The notes beneath the pieces were generated by a model. It was not told the DNA's origin and did no database searches. It was given only the letters and a program-made list of their open reading frames with translations. Positions 27,363 through 40,339 of a DNA stretch of 64,000 nucleotides are shown here, one piece after another (position 1 is the stretch's first letter; every line of letters starts with the position of its first letter). This DNA comes from Octopus vulgaris. Taxonomy: Eukaryota. The DNA lies in contig OX597817.1 in NCBI GenBank assembly GCA_951406725.2, positions 80,352,001-80,416,000 of the forward strand. Reading direction: 5' to 3'. A program made the translations under genes and the position numbers.

Positions 27363-27572
27363 TGAGCTGACAGAATCGTTAGCATGTCAAGCAAAATAAT
27401 TTGCGGCATTTTGTCAGTCTTTGTGCTCTGAGCTCAAATTCCGCCGAAGTCGACATGGCCTTTCATCCTTTCTGAATCGATAAAATAAGAACCAGCTGAG
27501 CACAAGACTCAATTCAATTGACTGACCTCTTCCCGAAATTGGTGTGCTTGTGTCAGAAATGGAAAACAATAT
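27363..27572 (+). mobile_element. SINE family A
   Basis: gagctgacagaatcgttagc...caaattccgccgaagtcgac...cctttcatcctttc...cgataaaataag. Confidence 0.82.
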
Positions 27573-27574
27573 AT

Positions 27575-27806
27575 TATGTGACCACGTGACCGACCAGGCC
27601 ATCAGATGTTGCTACACATCGCTGGTCACAATGAGCTTCGCATTGTTTTAGCCTTCAATGACGCCATCCCGTGGGCTAAGCGAGCAGGCCAACAGAAGAG
27701 TGAGAGAAAGTTGTGGCGAAAGAGTGCAGCAACGGTCTGGGAATCGAAACCGCGATCCTACGACCGCGAGTCCGCTGCCCTAACCTCTAGGTCATTGCGC
27801 CTCCAT
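27575..27806 (-). mobile_element. tRNA-derived SINE family C
   Basis: Reverse complement head ggaggcgcaatgacctagaggttagggcagcggactcgcggtcgtaggatcgcggtttcgattccc, body ctttcgccacaactttctctcactc. Confidence 0.85.
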
Positions 27807-28574
27807 GGAAAACAATATATATGTATACGTATCTATATATGTTTTCATGAGCTTAGCAGTCCATAGTTAAAGCTTTAAATTTTCTGTTCTTTTTGTCTTG
27901 TGAAACAGTATTTAATGATTTACTACAATCGCTAACCATGTTTGCTGCCTTAAAATGAACACGACGACTCTACACAAGCAATTGGAAGTAATAGATACAC
28001 ATATGCTTCATAGCCAAATGCCAGAAAAAAACATGGGAAACAAAAGGAAAACTATAAGTAATAGTTAACATTATTTCTGCAATGGGTGTTCGGAGGATTG
28101 CTAAGAGCTTCTACCTTTGTAAGAAATGATGTGTCTTTCGTTATCCACAGAAAACATTTTGTGCAGTGTGTTGAATGTAGTCTTGTGATGCTATAATGAA
28201 AAGGAGAAAACATATTAGCAATATATTCAGAACATCGACAAAGAGAAATATAATGAGAGCTTGAGTGGACAAAGAAATTTGTTGAGCCACAGGAATATTA
28301 TCCAATGTAGAAGAAAGTGGTTTAATGATCCTGGTAAAGTGTAAAGCAGAGTCAGTAAGGATGAGCTCTACAGAGGTTTGGTGTAGTGTTCTTTATAACA
28401 TATCTAAATAGACTGAGACTCGGTAGATACAATGACATAAGATGGGGGCAAACAGAGATTGCGCCTTAAATCCTTGTCCCCACAGAAAGAATGTCTATTA
28501 ATAATAGATTCAAATTTTGGGAAGTCCGGACGAAAAGCCGGTAAGCATTTTTCCCAGCGCGTTAACGATTCTTA

Positions 28575-30591
28575 ATTCTTTATTGCCCACAGGGGGCCAA
28601 ATAGAGAGGGAACGATACAATGATCTGGGGCCAGGATGAAAAACGCAAATATGAAAAAATCGACTAAAAATTTATGATAAAATCGAATAATTGGGACGAA
28701 CAATTATACAAACAATGAAGTGACAGACGGGCTCTGCTTTGAGCCCGCAAGCCCCGATGCTCCAATGCTACCTTTGAAAAAACTTTATGAACATTCACTC
28801 TCACTATCCTCACACCATCCTTCCATCTTTTCTTATATACGTCCGATGACAGGCACTCCTCCACCCTTATTTTCCTTTTCAGGCGGTAGGTGAGAAACCT
28901 CACCAACCCAAGGATGGAGATGAAAGTGCCTGTCACGATTCCTTTCACATGAGTCTTCCACACTACTTCTTTTGCAAAAGCTACTATAGTGAGAAAACAA
29001 GCCTTACCTTCTTTGAGAAAAAGAAAGCGACTGCAATTTTATGATCGACTCGGAAGACAGCTGCATATTTCTGTAATTTTGGGGCATTGCACAAGCGCGT
29101 GCAGAATGGTTTCCCTCTCCTGTTCGCATTTTGGGTACATGGATGAGCAGAAGCCACCGTGCTTTGCGAGTTTATCGCGAACTAGTAACGCACCTCGGAA
29201 AGATTGCCTGATCAGAGATCTCTGGAAGTTATCCAAAGAACCTGGCCCGAACGTTCTTCGGAACAGGCTGGTTAACTGATTTGTCCGAAGCCCAGAGTTT
29301 TCTCCGAGCCGTCATCATTCCTCGCCTCTACCAACCTTCTATAAAAGAACGAAGTAGAACCCCGGCCGCTGGCATTGCCCGCGCGATAGAGAAAACGGAG
29401 TACCTCTCGGCACTCCATGTGTCAATCGCCGTGCTTTGGTATACGGTTGATCCATGGTTCTAGTTCACTAAAGCTAGTGTACCTAGGAAGTAGCCATCTG
29501 ACGAACGGAGACCACACCTGTTCACCATCCAGGTAGAGCCACAGATGCCTCAGCCTCAGCGCTAATTTGCACATCAACAGCCAAGGCATCCCTAGCCCAC
29601 CTTTTAGCGGGTGTTGGCAGCAGACAGAGCGAAGCGGACCTTTACCCTTCCACAAAAAGCGGAAAAAGAGTCATTCCAACTTGTTTGGCCATGAAGCGGA
29701 ACAGGACATGACGGTTAGGTGGTAGGTAATCAGATAAGTGATAAACCCTCTGTGACCTCTGCCCACCCACCTTCAAGAAGAACCACCGCTCAGACCAGGT
29801 CTGAGTTTGGTGAGTCACCTAGCTCGCTACCTTCCCCCAATTCTTCTCGATCCGGAGATCTAGTCCAAACCAAACCCCTAGCATTTTAACTGGCCATTCC
29901 GTCCGCCCGAAAAGCAGTGCGAAATGCTCCTGAAAGACCGTGCACGTTTCCTCGGAATTGTTTATCACGTTCCCTTGATCATTCGTCAAAGACCTTATAG
30001 AATTTTTATTACCACGTTGGACCTCTATCACACGGGCCCATCCAGCGGCTTTGATTCCTTCTTGTCCTACTGCACGTTGCTCAACCCTGACTACGCACCC
30101 TCGTATTTGGCATTGCGGTGTTGATTCAGAATCAATCTTGCAGCCAAGACTCAAGGCGCGGAGCTAGATCTCAGTGCTTCATCTAGGCCTTTTCTATTCT
30201 TTTTTCCTAGCTACTAATTCTTTACTAAACCTAATGGACTCAAATTTAATGGCTCTTTTGAGGGCATAAAACCATTTGTTATTTACAACGGTGCCACACA
30301 ATGCCCTCAAAACTAACTGCCTAATCCGACCCCTGTACGCCTCATGAGTCAAAAGAGACTTATTGAGATTCCAGTAGCCGAATCTTTTTCTACACATCCT
30401 ATCTAAATCAAACTCACAGGTCACATATTTGTGGTCGCTGTAGCTGACATAGTGAAAATGTGGACGACTAGCTAAGTTTTTATCTAGCTCCCTAATTAGT
30501 ATCCTGTCTAGATAAGATCTAGATGACAAGTCGCTATTCATCCATGTCCACAATGGAGCGCTTGCGTTGTCTAGTCTATACCTATCAGCTA
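28575..30591 (-). mobile_element. Tx1/L1-clade LINE, 5'-truncated and lacking the RT core
   Basis: APE endonuclease C-terminus (LADRYRL..WTW..SYLDRIL..SDHK..GYWNLNKSLL), linker (IRSLTNDQGNVI..FQEHFALLF), directly KMLGVWF, then WKGK..PLKGGLG and a zf-RVT-like C-terminus (RGALLVRDKL..PKCEQERETILHALVQC). Multiple stops and frameshifts. Confidence 0.88.
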
Positions 30592-30908
30592 GCGGAAAGG
30601 TTGAAAAGCAAAGTCGGCTTCGGTAGAATTTGAACAGAGAACGTAAAGACAGACGAAATGTCGTTAAGCATTTTTCCCGACATGCTAACGCTTCTTTTCC
30701 TTTCTACTACAGGCACAAAACCTGAAATTTTGGCGGAGAGAGGCCAGTCGATTAGATCGATCCCAGTTCGCAACTGGTGCTTAATGTATCGATCCCGAAA
30801 GGATGAACGACAAAGTTGACCTCGGCGGAATTTGGACTGAGAACATAAACACAGACGAAATAACGCTAAGCATTTCGCTCGGCGAGCTAACGATTTTGCC
30901 AGCTCGCT
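30592..30908 (-). mobile_element. SINE family A dimer abutting the LINE 5' junction
   Basis: Full unit 30908 to about 30697 (tail tgtgcctgtagtagaaagg), then a head-truncated unit starting aagcgttagcatg and cut at ...caacctttcc. Confidence 0.85.
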
Positions 30909-32623
30909 ATCTTTAATTATGGTTATAATAGTTGATAAAATGATTGAAGTGACTACGTTTCTTCTGTCTGGAAGATATTAACCGAGAACTTGAACGTTAG
31001 AAATAATTTCTAAATATACATCCGCATGTGTGTGTGTTCTGCATGAATGTGTCCTCTGTAGTCTGTTTGTGTGTTTGTGTGTTACTATCAGCATCTGAAT
31101 ATGCTGAGTATTTGCGAGATGATGAAATAATAAATTATGAAATTATATAAGAACTAATTCTACAAGCTGTATAACTTAGACGGATCCATATGAAAAAAAA
31201 AATAACATAACTATTATTAGTGCAAACATATTTCATGCATGGGAGCTTAACAATTTAACTAAATATCTTTATCCACCGAGCAAAACAAACATTAATCATT
31301 CACCAATATTAACGTTTTTTTATTCATTTCATAATGATTTCTAGTCGGATTTTTTTTTATGCTAAATGCATTAATTAAATGGACTTTTTGCAGAGGAATT
31401 CGGTAGAAATTTGTATAGCTGAGGATCGTGACCGCAAATTCTTGACTGCTATTATTTTATTGATTTTATTGAATATGATTGGATGAAAGACAACGATGTC
31501 ATTCTATGGAATTCGGACTCAGAATGTAAAGGGTCAATAAAATTTTAATGTTATTGATGCTGTTTTACAGAGCATGATAGAATAAAAGGTAGAATTGACC
31601 GCGTTAGATTTTGAACTCAAAATATTTCAGTGTCCAGACTATGTTATAAAGAACCTGTATATTAACCGATACAGGTTTTTCTTTTATTTTCTAAGAACTA
31701 ATCAGGTTTCAAAATTTGGCACAAAGCCAAAAATTTTGAAAGAAGGGTTAAGTCGATTATATGGAGCCCAGTACTCAAATGGCACTTATTTTATCGATCT
31801 CGATTGGATGAAAGGCAAATTCGACCTTGGTAGAATTCGAACTCCTATATCTGTGTTGTTAGTATATTTATATTTGTATATGTAAATCTTTGCACGCTTG
31901 TATTATATCCGTAAAATATCCAAGCATATTAATTATTGTCTCCCCTACATTACAACAAACTTCTCCAGCTCTTTTTTAGTTCGTTTTTCCTTTCTATGAA
32001 TACATACTCAACAATAATATAAACAACTATTTCGACATACACTATAAAAAAAACCTTTCTTATACACCAATGGCTCTAAATCTGATTATATACGTTTATA
32101 ACGTAAGTAATCCTCTTTATTTAGACCCTATTACTTTATAGTATTTATTTCTAAATTTTCTTTAAAATATATCAATACTGTGACTAGATAATTAATTACG
32201 ACATATAACATTTATTTTTGTCTATGAATATTAGACCTACATTTACAATAAACCTGAAATTATTCTGCAATATTATTATTAACCACCATTTTTTCTAAGT
32301 ATTTTTTTAAGTTGAAAGGATAATTGACGGTTAAGTAAAAACTAAATTTGTATTTGAAAATTCATATATCTCCTTATTTGGTATTTCTCAACGTACATAC
32401 AAATACAGTTTGACCAGTAATAAAATTCATTTAAGGAGTTTTAAATAGACACAACTCTGGGGTCGATTTGTTCGACTAAAACCTTCCAAAGATGTGTCCC
32501 AGTATGGCCTCAGTGCAATCAAGTAAAAGATAAACGACAATACAAAACTGACCAACCATGTTTTAAAAACATATCTATCTGGTTCTTATAGAATGTCTCA
32601 AATTTTCCCTTCTATCTTTCTGT

Positions 32624-32665
<42 letters not shown>

Positions 32666-32754
32666 ATCTCTCTCTTTCTCTCTCTCTCTCTCTCTTTCTC
32701 TCTCTTTCGATCTCTCCCTCTCCTTTATGCATATATATATATATATATATATAT

Positions 32755-32911
32755 AGACGTGGCTATGTAGTAAGAAGTTCGCTTCCCAATCACATGGTTC
32801 ATGTTTCAGTTCTGCTGCGTGGTACCTTGCGTAAGTGTCTTCTACAATAGCCTCCGGCCGACCAAAGCCTTGTGAGTGGATTTGGTTGGCGGAAATTGAA
32901 ATGAGCTCGTC

Positions 32912-32951
<40 letters not shown>

Positions 32952-33262
32952 CTATGTGTGTGTATATATATATATGTATGTATGTATATATAGGTATATA
33001 TATATATGTATATATATATATGTATGTATGTATGTATGTATATATAACTATATGTGTGTCATTGCGTCTGTATTTGTCCCTACCACCGCTTGACAACAGG
33101 TATTGGTGTTTTTGAGTCCCCGTAACCTAGCGGTTCGGCAAAAGAACCGATAGATTAAGAATCAGACTCAAAAATACGTACTGGGGTCGATTCATTCGAT
33201 TAGAAATTCAAAGTGGTGTCCCAGAATGGCCACAGTCTCATGACTGAAACAAGTAAAAAATA
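32755..33262 (+). mobile_element. tRNA-derived CORE-like SINE family B with internal microsatellite
   Basis: Head gacgtggctatgtagtaagaagttcgcttcccaatcacatgg, CORE-like accttgcgtaagtgtcttctacaatagcctc, internal (GT)n/(TA)n, tail ...atgactgaaacaagtaaaa. Confidence 0.88.
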
Positions 33263-33279
33263 AGTGATATATGTGTGTG

Positions 33280-33620
33280 TGACTGCAGCCCTTGCAGGGG
33301 TATCGCCCTAGAAGGGTTTTTATGGAACGAACTGATCGCAGTATTTATTTTTTTTAAATATGGTAGCTCTTCTGCCGTTTCCTATGCCGAGCCGGTAATT
33401 TACAAAGACGTAAATGTAATCCCATAGATACACACGTACATGTCTATCTATCCGTCTATGTTATATTTGCACGAACTTACATAGGTATGTACGTATGTCT
33501 GTACGTATTTATGTATACCGAGTGCTATAGTAGAAGTCGCTTCCCCAAGATAGCATAGCGGATACTGAAGCTAGAACCATTTGGTTGGGAAACAGATTCC
33601 TTGCCACACAGCCGCGCATG
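33280..33620 (-). mobile_element. SINE family B, degenerate, tail-to-tail with the preceding copy
   Basis: gccgagccggtaatttacaaagacgtaaa...gctatagtagaag...ttggttgggaaac...ccacacagcc. Confidence 0.65.
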
Positions 33621-34348
33621 CCTCCACAGCTACGATACAAATACAAACAAATGCCACTGATTATGGTAAATTTATTAAGTTATTGAATAACACATGTATA
33701 TACGATGTAGAACAAGAGAAGTATGTCTTTGCTAAGATTTATTGATTAAGTATTAAATCACACATACACGTACACACAAACACACACACTCACACACCTA
33801 CAGATATGTAGGCGTGTACTCATATTCACAATGTGATGCAAAAGTGTGATGTTTCTTTAGTCATATTTATCAAAATATACAATGCGTTGTTTACTTATAC
33901 AGCGTAATATAAAAATATTTATGTCTCTCGCTAAGACATGTTCATTAATTATAAATATAGATAGATAGATAGATAGATCGATAGATATATATATGCATAC
34001 ACAATGTAATATAAATATGATTACTTAACGTATATTTATTTAGCTATTAAATAATATATTTAAGCAATGTAATATAAAAACAAAAAATGTGTCTTAATAT
34101 ATGTTTATTTAAGTACGTTGGTAATTATTGATGAGAAGATTTGAATACATGTGAGCTGAGTAAAGAGTGTAAATATTGTAAAGCATATAGTCTGGTGCTC
34201 TATTCATCCCACCCGCTTCTCCAGTCTCCATGATCTAATTGATGAATAACGTTTACGATAACTCACATTCTTTCACGAAGATAAAATTCAGAAAACTAGA
34301 TAAGCTAACAGTATTTAGAGATTATAGTTACTTGAAGACATATATATA

Positions 34349-34417
34349 TCGATTATATAAAATCCGTTCTGTGTGTGTGTGTGTGTGTGTGTGTTTGTGT
34401 GTGTGCATGCGTGTGTG

Positions 34418-34449
<32 letters not shown>

Positions 34450-34461
34450 TGTGTGTGTGTT

Positions 34462-34517
<56 letters not shown>

Positions 34518-34690
34518 TTCTAAGATCTCGGGCATCCTCCATCCGATTGTGCTCAAATTTGATATGTAGATACCGACGGTATCAGGGCGTGTATAAGTGT
34601 CGAAAAATTGCAAAAATCGATTCCAGGTGAGAATGTGATCGATAAAGCCGAGGGAACATGCATTTGTACGCGCAAGTACATCAGCTGTTG
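34349..34690 (+). mobile_element. Short non-autonomous Helitron-like element with expanded (GT)n
   Basis: A|TCgattatataaaa start, (gt)n near the 5' end, ccgattgtgctcaaattt motif as in 4968-5805, 3' hairpin tgtac-gcgcaa-gtaca followed by a degenerate CTAG-like end. Confidence 0.55.
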
Positions 34691-34937
34691 CCACTAGCTC
34701 TTCCATGCCCTTGAACATCCCGTAAAGTAAGTTAGCTTAAAATTAGTTACTTAGTTCCCTAGGTTGTTGGTTTTCATCAAAAATCGCCCCAAGTTGATTT
34801 CTTACATGTTTTATCGGATAAACTTATCCTTGTCCCAGGTACGTTCTCATAAATTCATCATGCTTTTCCATCTAGATTTACCTCCAGCTAACCCATTTAC
34901 ATGCATCATATTTGTCCTGCTTTTCTTCCGTCAACCT

Positions 34938-35160
34938 ATTTCTTCACTACCCACAAGGGGCTAAACACAGAGAGGACAAACAAGGACAGACAAACGGATT
35001 AAGTCGATTACATCGACCCCAGAGCGTAACTGGTTCTTAATCTATCGACTCCGAAAGGATGAAAGGCAAAGTCGACCTCGGCGGAATTCGAACTCAGAAC
35101 GTAACGGCAGACGAAATACCGCTAAGCATTTCGCCCGGCGTGCTAACGTTTCTGCCAGTT
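34938..35160 (-). mobile_element. SINE family A, young near-full copy, tail type 1
   Basis: Close reverse-complement match to 60514-60744. Confidence 0.92.
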
Positions 35161-35259
35161 ATGAATTAGAGATAAAACCATCATAAGGCAACTCAAACAG
35201 TGACAGACATAAACCAATACATAAATAACAAATAATATAAATGTAATTATTATATTATA

Positions 35260-35296
<37 letters not shown>

Positions 35297-35312
35297 ACAA
35301 CAACAACAACAC

Positions 35313-35564
35313 TAATACTAGGATGGAATTTATAGACTTTTAATGCATCGCTACGCGCGTTTCCACAAATTACATCACTCTTAAGATCATAGTCCGTATT
35401 GCTGGGATGATTACAGTGTAGTCCGTAGTACCCGTGGGTATCCAGTTGATCATCATCATTGATTCATTTCCTTAGAAATACGGACTGTGATCTTAAGAGT
35501 CATGTGACCAGTAGGAACCCGCGTAGCGATGCAATAAATGTTTATAAATTCCATATTAGGATTA
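35313..35564. repeat. Inverted repeat (about 90-bp arms), probable inverted PLE-type tail
   Basis: tggaatttataga...gcatcgctacgcg...actcttaagatcatagtccgtatt pairs with aatacggactgtgatcttaagagt...cgcgtagcgatgc...tttataaattcca. The left arm's reverse complement carries GAAACGCGCGTA. Confidence 0.8.
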
Positions 35565-36234
35565 TTGTTACTATTATTATATTTATCCTACATTATATCG
35601 GTACAACTTGATACAACCCTGAAAAACTGAGTTACTAGTCAGCATCATTAGACGGTGCCCGACGTAATGGTATAGGAGTTTTATTTACATATTCTAAACA
35701 TTTCCCGGAAACAAATTTAACATATACATATATATAATAACACAAACGGGTTAAACACTCACTACAGCTGTTTCTTAGGCGTTGTTTATTGATGAATAAT
35801 TCGATTATATCATGCAAAACATCCGTTTTCCTTCAGGTGAATTAAAAATGTATATATATATATGTATGTATTGAAGTTCTTACAATACATCTTTCTGCCT
35901 ATGTTTGTAGTTGTTCCTAATGTAACTTGACTAACTCTGATTATGGCTGGCAGAAGATGGTTAGTCAAGAATGATGGAAAGAAACTTATGTTTAACATTT
36001 CAACAGGGGCCACTATAATAATCCTGAATACTTCAGGTAAAGGGATAAGCAATCAAGTTTCTCTAAAAATCTTAAATGCTATATACTGACGTTTTATTTA
36101 CTCAATAGTGTATAAAAAAATTAGGTACTACTCTCCAGTATCTTCCACATATAGATTATCAATCCCACTCTATCACAAACCCTATTCAGTTCAGGGATCT
36201 CATGTTGGGACCTGTTACTGTTACTATGTAACTA

Positions 36235-36550
36235 TGTAACACGGCGTGGTTCCTATGATCGGGTGGTCAGCGATTAAGCCATCTCCCCCACTTGAGTAGC
36301 TTGGGCAGCCAAACAATAACTCTCGAAGAACGAATAAACTCCTTGTTGGCCAACGGCCATCCGGTTGGAGAAGGCAATGGCAGACGTCCCTAATAGCCTT
36401 GCCCGGATAACATTATCAGAAAGTCAGAACGAAGTAATGCAATGGCTTCATCCGCTGGGAGAACTTTCCCTTTAAATGAGAAGAATTTCGGTGTAGTGTT
36501 ATCAACGCTCTGTAAAAAATCTGGGATGCATGATGACGATGATGACCACG
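36235..36550 (+). mobile_element. RTE-related non-autonomous element fragment
   Basis: ggagaaggcaatggcagacgtccctaatagccttgcc resembles the conserved RTE/BovB 5'-UTR motif (GGAGAAGGCAATGGCAAACCACTCCAGTATTCTTGCC); ends in (gat)n. Confidence 0.5.
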
Positions 36551-37628
36551 ACTATCTTAAACACACATACATCTCCCTCCTCCCTTCTCTCTCTCTCTCT
36601 GTTTTTCCCTTGCCTATTTGTGAGAATGGATCTTCAAGAGTTACCGTAATTCAAATGTTCGACAGACGTTATTCGCTTGGTGAAAATTTTATATGATAAC
36701 TATTCAGAAATCCTCCGAATACAAAGATTTAAACTGTAATCAATCTATAAGGCTCAGAACTAATGTTTTCTGTCAGGTGGACATTAGTTCTTACATATAT
36801 AAGAAAATATCCAGGATTTAACTTACTAGTGTGAACGAGTTAAAGTATCGTAGGTAGGGTACATTCTGGATACAATTTCCTGGCCTGACTGATTATTATT
36901 ATTATAGAAGGAAGTGATTTGAAAACTGCACCTATTGGAAACCTACGGATCAATACAGATTTCTTTGTAAAATCTTTTTCGTCAAAGATCCAAACGTTCT
37001 GAAATTCTACGTCCAATTATTTTGTAATATGGAAGTACTTGGTCAAATTTGTATAAGGCTTTAACAAACTCTAAACAAATTCAGTCCATGTTTTTACCCA
37101 TCAATAGATATTTCGCCTTCAATGCATAAAGTTGAATATTTCTTATACTGAATAGATTTTGCCAACTGTGAACTGAGTGACGTGAGGGACAAAGATCGAT
37201 AATTACTGAAAAATGACGCTACACACACACACTCACACGTACACACACACGCACGCACTCATACATACATGCGCGTATATATATTCACACACACACACAC
37301 ACATATATTTATGTACATATATATATTCCTGCACACAGCGCACACACATGCATGCACACACGCACACACGTACACACATACACGCACATATATACAAGCA
37401 TACATGCATGCTTGTGCACACACATTCACACACACATACATGTACATACATAGATGCCTGCACACACACACTTACACACATACATACATGCGCACACATA
37501 TATTCACACACATACATATATATGTACATACATTCATACCTGCACGCAAATTCACACACACTCACGCACGCATGCATATATAAATAATGATAATGATGAT
37601 TTACATATTTAATATATTCCGGCAGATT

Positions 37629-37785
37629 GAGGTGGCGAACTAACAGAATCTTTGGTGCGCAAGGCAAAATGCTTAGCCATGTTTTGTCTGTTCACGTTCA
37701 GAGGTCAAATTCCGTCGACGTCGACTTTACCTTTCATCCTCTCCCTTCCCAGAAAATGCTGACCTTGTGGCAAGAAACTCAAACC
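37629..37785 (+). mobile_element. SINE family A, degenerate and internally deleted
   Basis: ggtggcgaactaacagaatc...gcaaaatgcttagc...caaattccgtcgacgtcgactttacctttcatcc. Confidence 0.75.
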
Positions 37786-37799
37786 AAAACATTCCGGCA

Positions 37800-38072
37800 G
37801 GTTGTTTGTTCCTTCTCGAGCCATGCCTGGCTCATAAGGGCTGGTTTTCCGGTTTCCTTGGCGTATAGGTTCCCCACCAAGACGAAACGCCGGTCCGTCG
37901 CAGGTGAGCTGCAAGATGCAGGAGAAAAAGAGTGAGAGAAAGTTGTGGCGAAAGATTCAGCAGAAGCTTAGGTGTTTCGCTCATAAACACAGACATTGCC
38001 GGGTCTGAGATTCGAACCCGCGATCCCTCGACCACGAGTCCGCTGCTCTAACCACTAGGCCATGTGCCTCCA
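37800..38072 (-). mobile_element. SINE family C
   Basis: Head (reverse complement) gtggaggcacatggcctagtggttagagcagcggactcgtggtcgagggatcgcgggttcgaatctc; body shared with other C copies. Confidence 0.88.
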
Positions 38073-38196
38073 CATTCCGGCAGATATGAACGCAAAATAT
38101 GCCAGTCTATTTATTGTGGCGTACGTCACAAGCGAACAAATCCCTTTTACGACGACAGTGAGTTCATAAAACACTCGGGTCATTGGTGCAAGCCAC

Positions 38197-38343
38197 TCTG
38201 GGTAGGAAACTTGCTTCACAACCACATGGTTCCGATTTCAGTTCCACTGTGTGGTATCTGGGGGCAAGTGTTTACGCTATATCCTCTGGCCGACCAAAGC
38301 ATTGCGAGTGAATTTGGTAGAGGGAAACTCAAATAAACCTGTC

Positions 38344-38394
<51 letters not shown>

Positions 38395-38650
38395 GGGGGG
38401 CTGAGTGTGTGTGTGAAAGAGAGAGAGAGAGAGAGAGATTTTGTGTCAGTGTTGTCCCCTAAACCCCCATCATGGCACAACCGGTGTTGTTGTGTCTTCA
38501 TCCCCGTAACTTCACCTTTCGGCAAAAGAGACCGATAAAATAAATACTAGACTGAATAAATAAGTAGTGGAATCCATACATTCGACCAATAAAGTTCTTC
38601 GAGGCGGTGCTCCAGCATGGCCGCAGTCATTTCATTGAAACAAGTAAAAG
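38197..38650 (+). mobile_element. SINE family B with internal (TA)n/(GA)n
   Basis: gaaacttgcttcacaaccacatggttcc...gggcaagtgt...ccgaccaaagc...ggcggtgctccagcatggccgcagtc...gaaacaagtaaaag. Confidence 0.85.
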
Positions 38651-38796
38651 AACAAAAGAATAAAAGAAACCATTCCGACACATGAACTCATACATTCACA
38701 CACAAACATACACTCACACACACACACACATCTATATTTATATGCACACACATATATAGATACATATCTATATACATATATATATATATATGTATC

Positions 38797-38829
<33 letters not shown>

Positions 38830-39962
38830 GTATATATGTGTGTGTATATAAGTATAGATAAGTGTGTGGTTGAGTGTGTGTTTGTGTGTGAATGTATGTA
38901 TGAGTATATGTGTATGCTCACACACACACACATCTATCTATCTATATATATATATTTATGCGCGCGTGCGTGTGTGTGTGATAATCTTCTGCAAATGCGT
39001 TACGAAAAGTTACTTCCAAATATAAATTTTACCAATCAGCCATGAGCTTTTTTCTTATCATTGATATCGTCTTCATCCTCATTATCAGCACTTCTGTTTG
39101 TATCATCCTTATTCCTTTTAACGTCATTTATACTATTATAGGTATTATTATTATTGTCTCTACCTTCATGTTCATTGTAAACAAAACGACGCTTTTAAGT
39201 GGCTACCAAATACCTGAAACAAAGATATTCCCAAAGCATGGTCTTAGCTAAATATTTATATGCATATATTATGTTTGATTATACTATTCTTAAAGTGCAA
39301 ATAAGCATAATTAGTCCTGATAAATTCAGACTGAATATTGAAAACTAATTTACACTTAATTAATTAAAGACTTAATTAATTAAAATTACATCAACAAGTC
39401 GTTCTTCTCTTGGCACCTCATTTTAACTAGATGGCTGAGACTGAAAGAATTTAGTATTTTGGCCAGGGCCACAGAATTGTTTCAGCAACGGAATCGAAAA
39501 CTCTCAACTATTTCCAGATCTTTCCAAATTGCTATTTTGACACTTTCAATTAGTCTATGTTTAGTATCATGATTTATTCTACAAAATATAATCCTTGCTG
39601 AAGCTCTTACATTCTATCCTTCGACACGAAGTTTCATACAAAAACTTCAGTCCTTCCACAGCAAAACACTATTATATCTGAGCCGTCCTGTCTTAGAGTT
39701 CCTTTACGTTCAATAGACGTATAAAACCGATTGCATTGTTACTTTTGTATTTCCTTAAAACTGGCTCAGATCGTCTCATCGAGAATAGGCAATCGCGGTT
39801 CAAAGACGGTCCAACATCGACGACCTTGTTTTATCGGGGGAAGGGATGGGAAGATAATAAAACATAGAATAACTACGATTGCATTATCGAAAGACTACAT
39901 GCTATTGGTGTGTCTCCATTTCAGCTATCATCAATTGGTTCTCTAATTTAAGGCTTTCTAAA

Positions 39963-40132
39963 GGCAGGAAGCTGGCAGAATCGTTAACAGGACGGACAAA
40001 ATGCTTAGCAGCATTTCGTCCGTCTTTATGTTCCGATTTCAAATTCTGGCGATATCGACTTAGCCTTTCATCCGTAATCGACTTACTCTATCCCCCGACC
40101 TTGCTGGCCTTGTGCCAGAATTTGAAATCAAT
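39963..40132 (+). mobile_element. SINE family A, internally deleted
   Basis: agctggcagaatcgttaac...caaaatgcttagcagcatttcgtccg...ttgtgccagaatttgaaatc. Confidence 0.8.
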
Positions 40133-40339
40133 ATATGACCTTCTAATCGTGAATATCGATCTTTTATTGGGTACGACAAAACAGAAAATCTCCTGATTCA
40201 CAATTCTTGATAAACGTTGCAATAGTGAAAGTGCGGAGCACACTAGTCCAAGGTCCATTATCGTAATTGGGAGCAGAATCAACAGCCCAGTATAACCTAT
40301 ATGAACAAACCATTACACTGTGTAACACGATCTTTGTCC

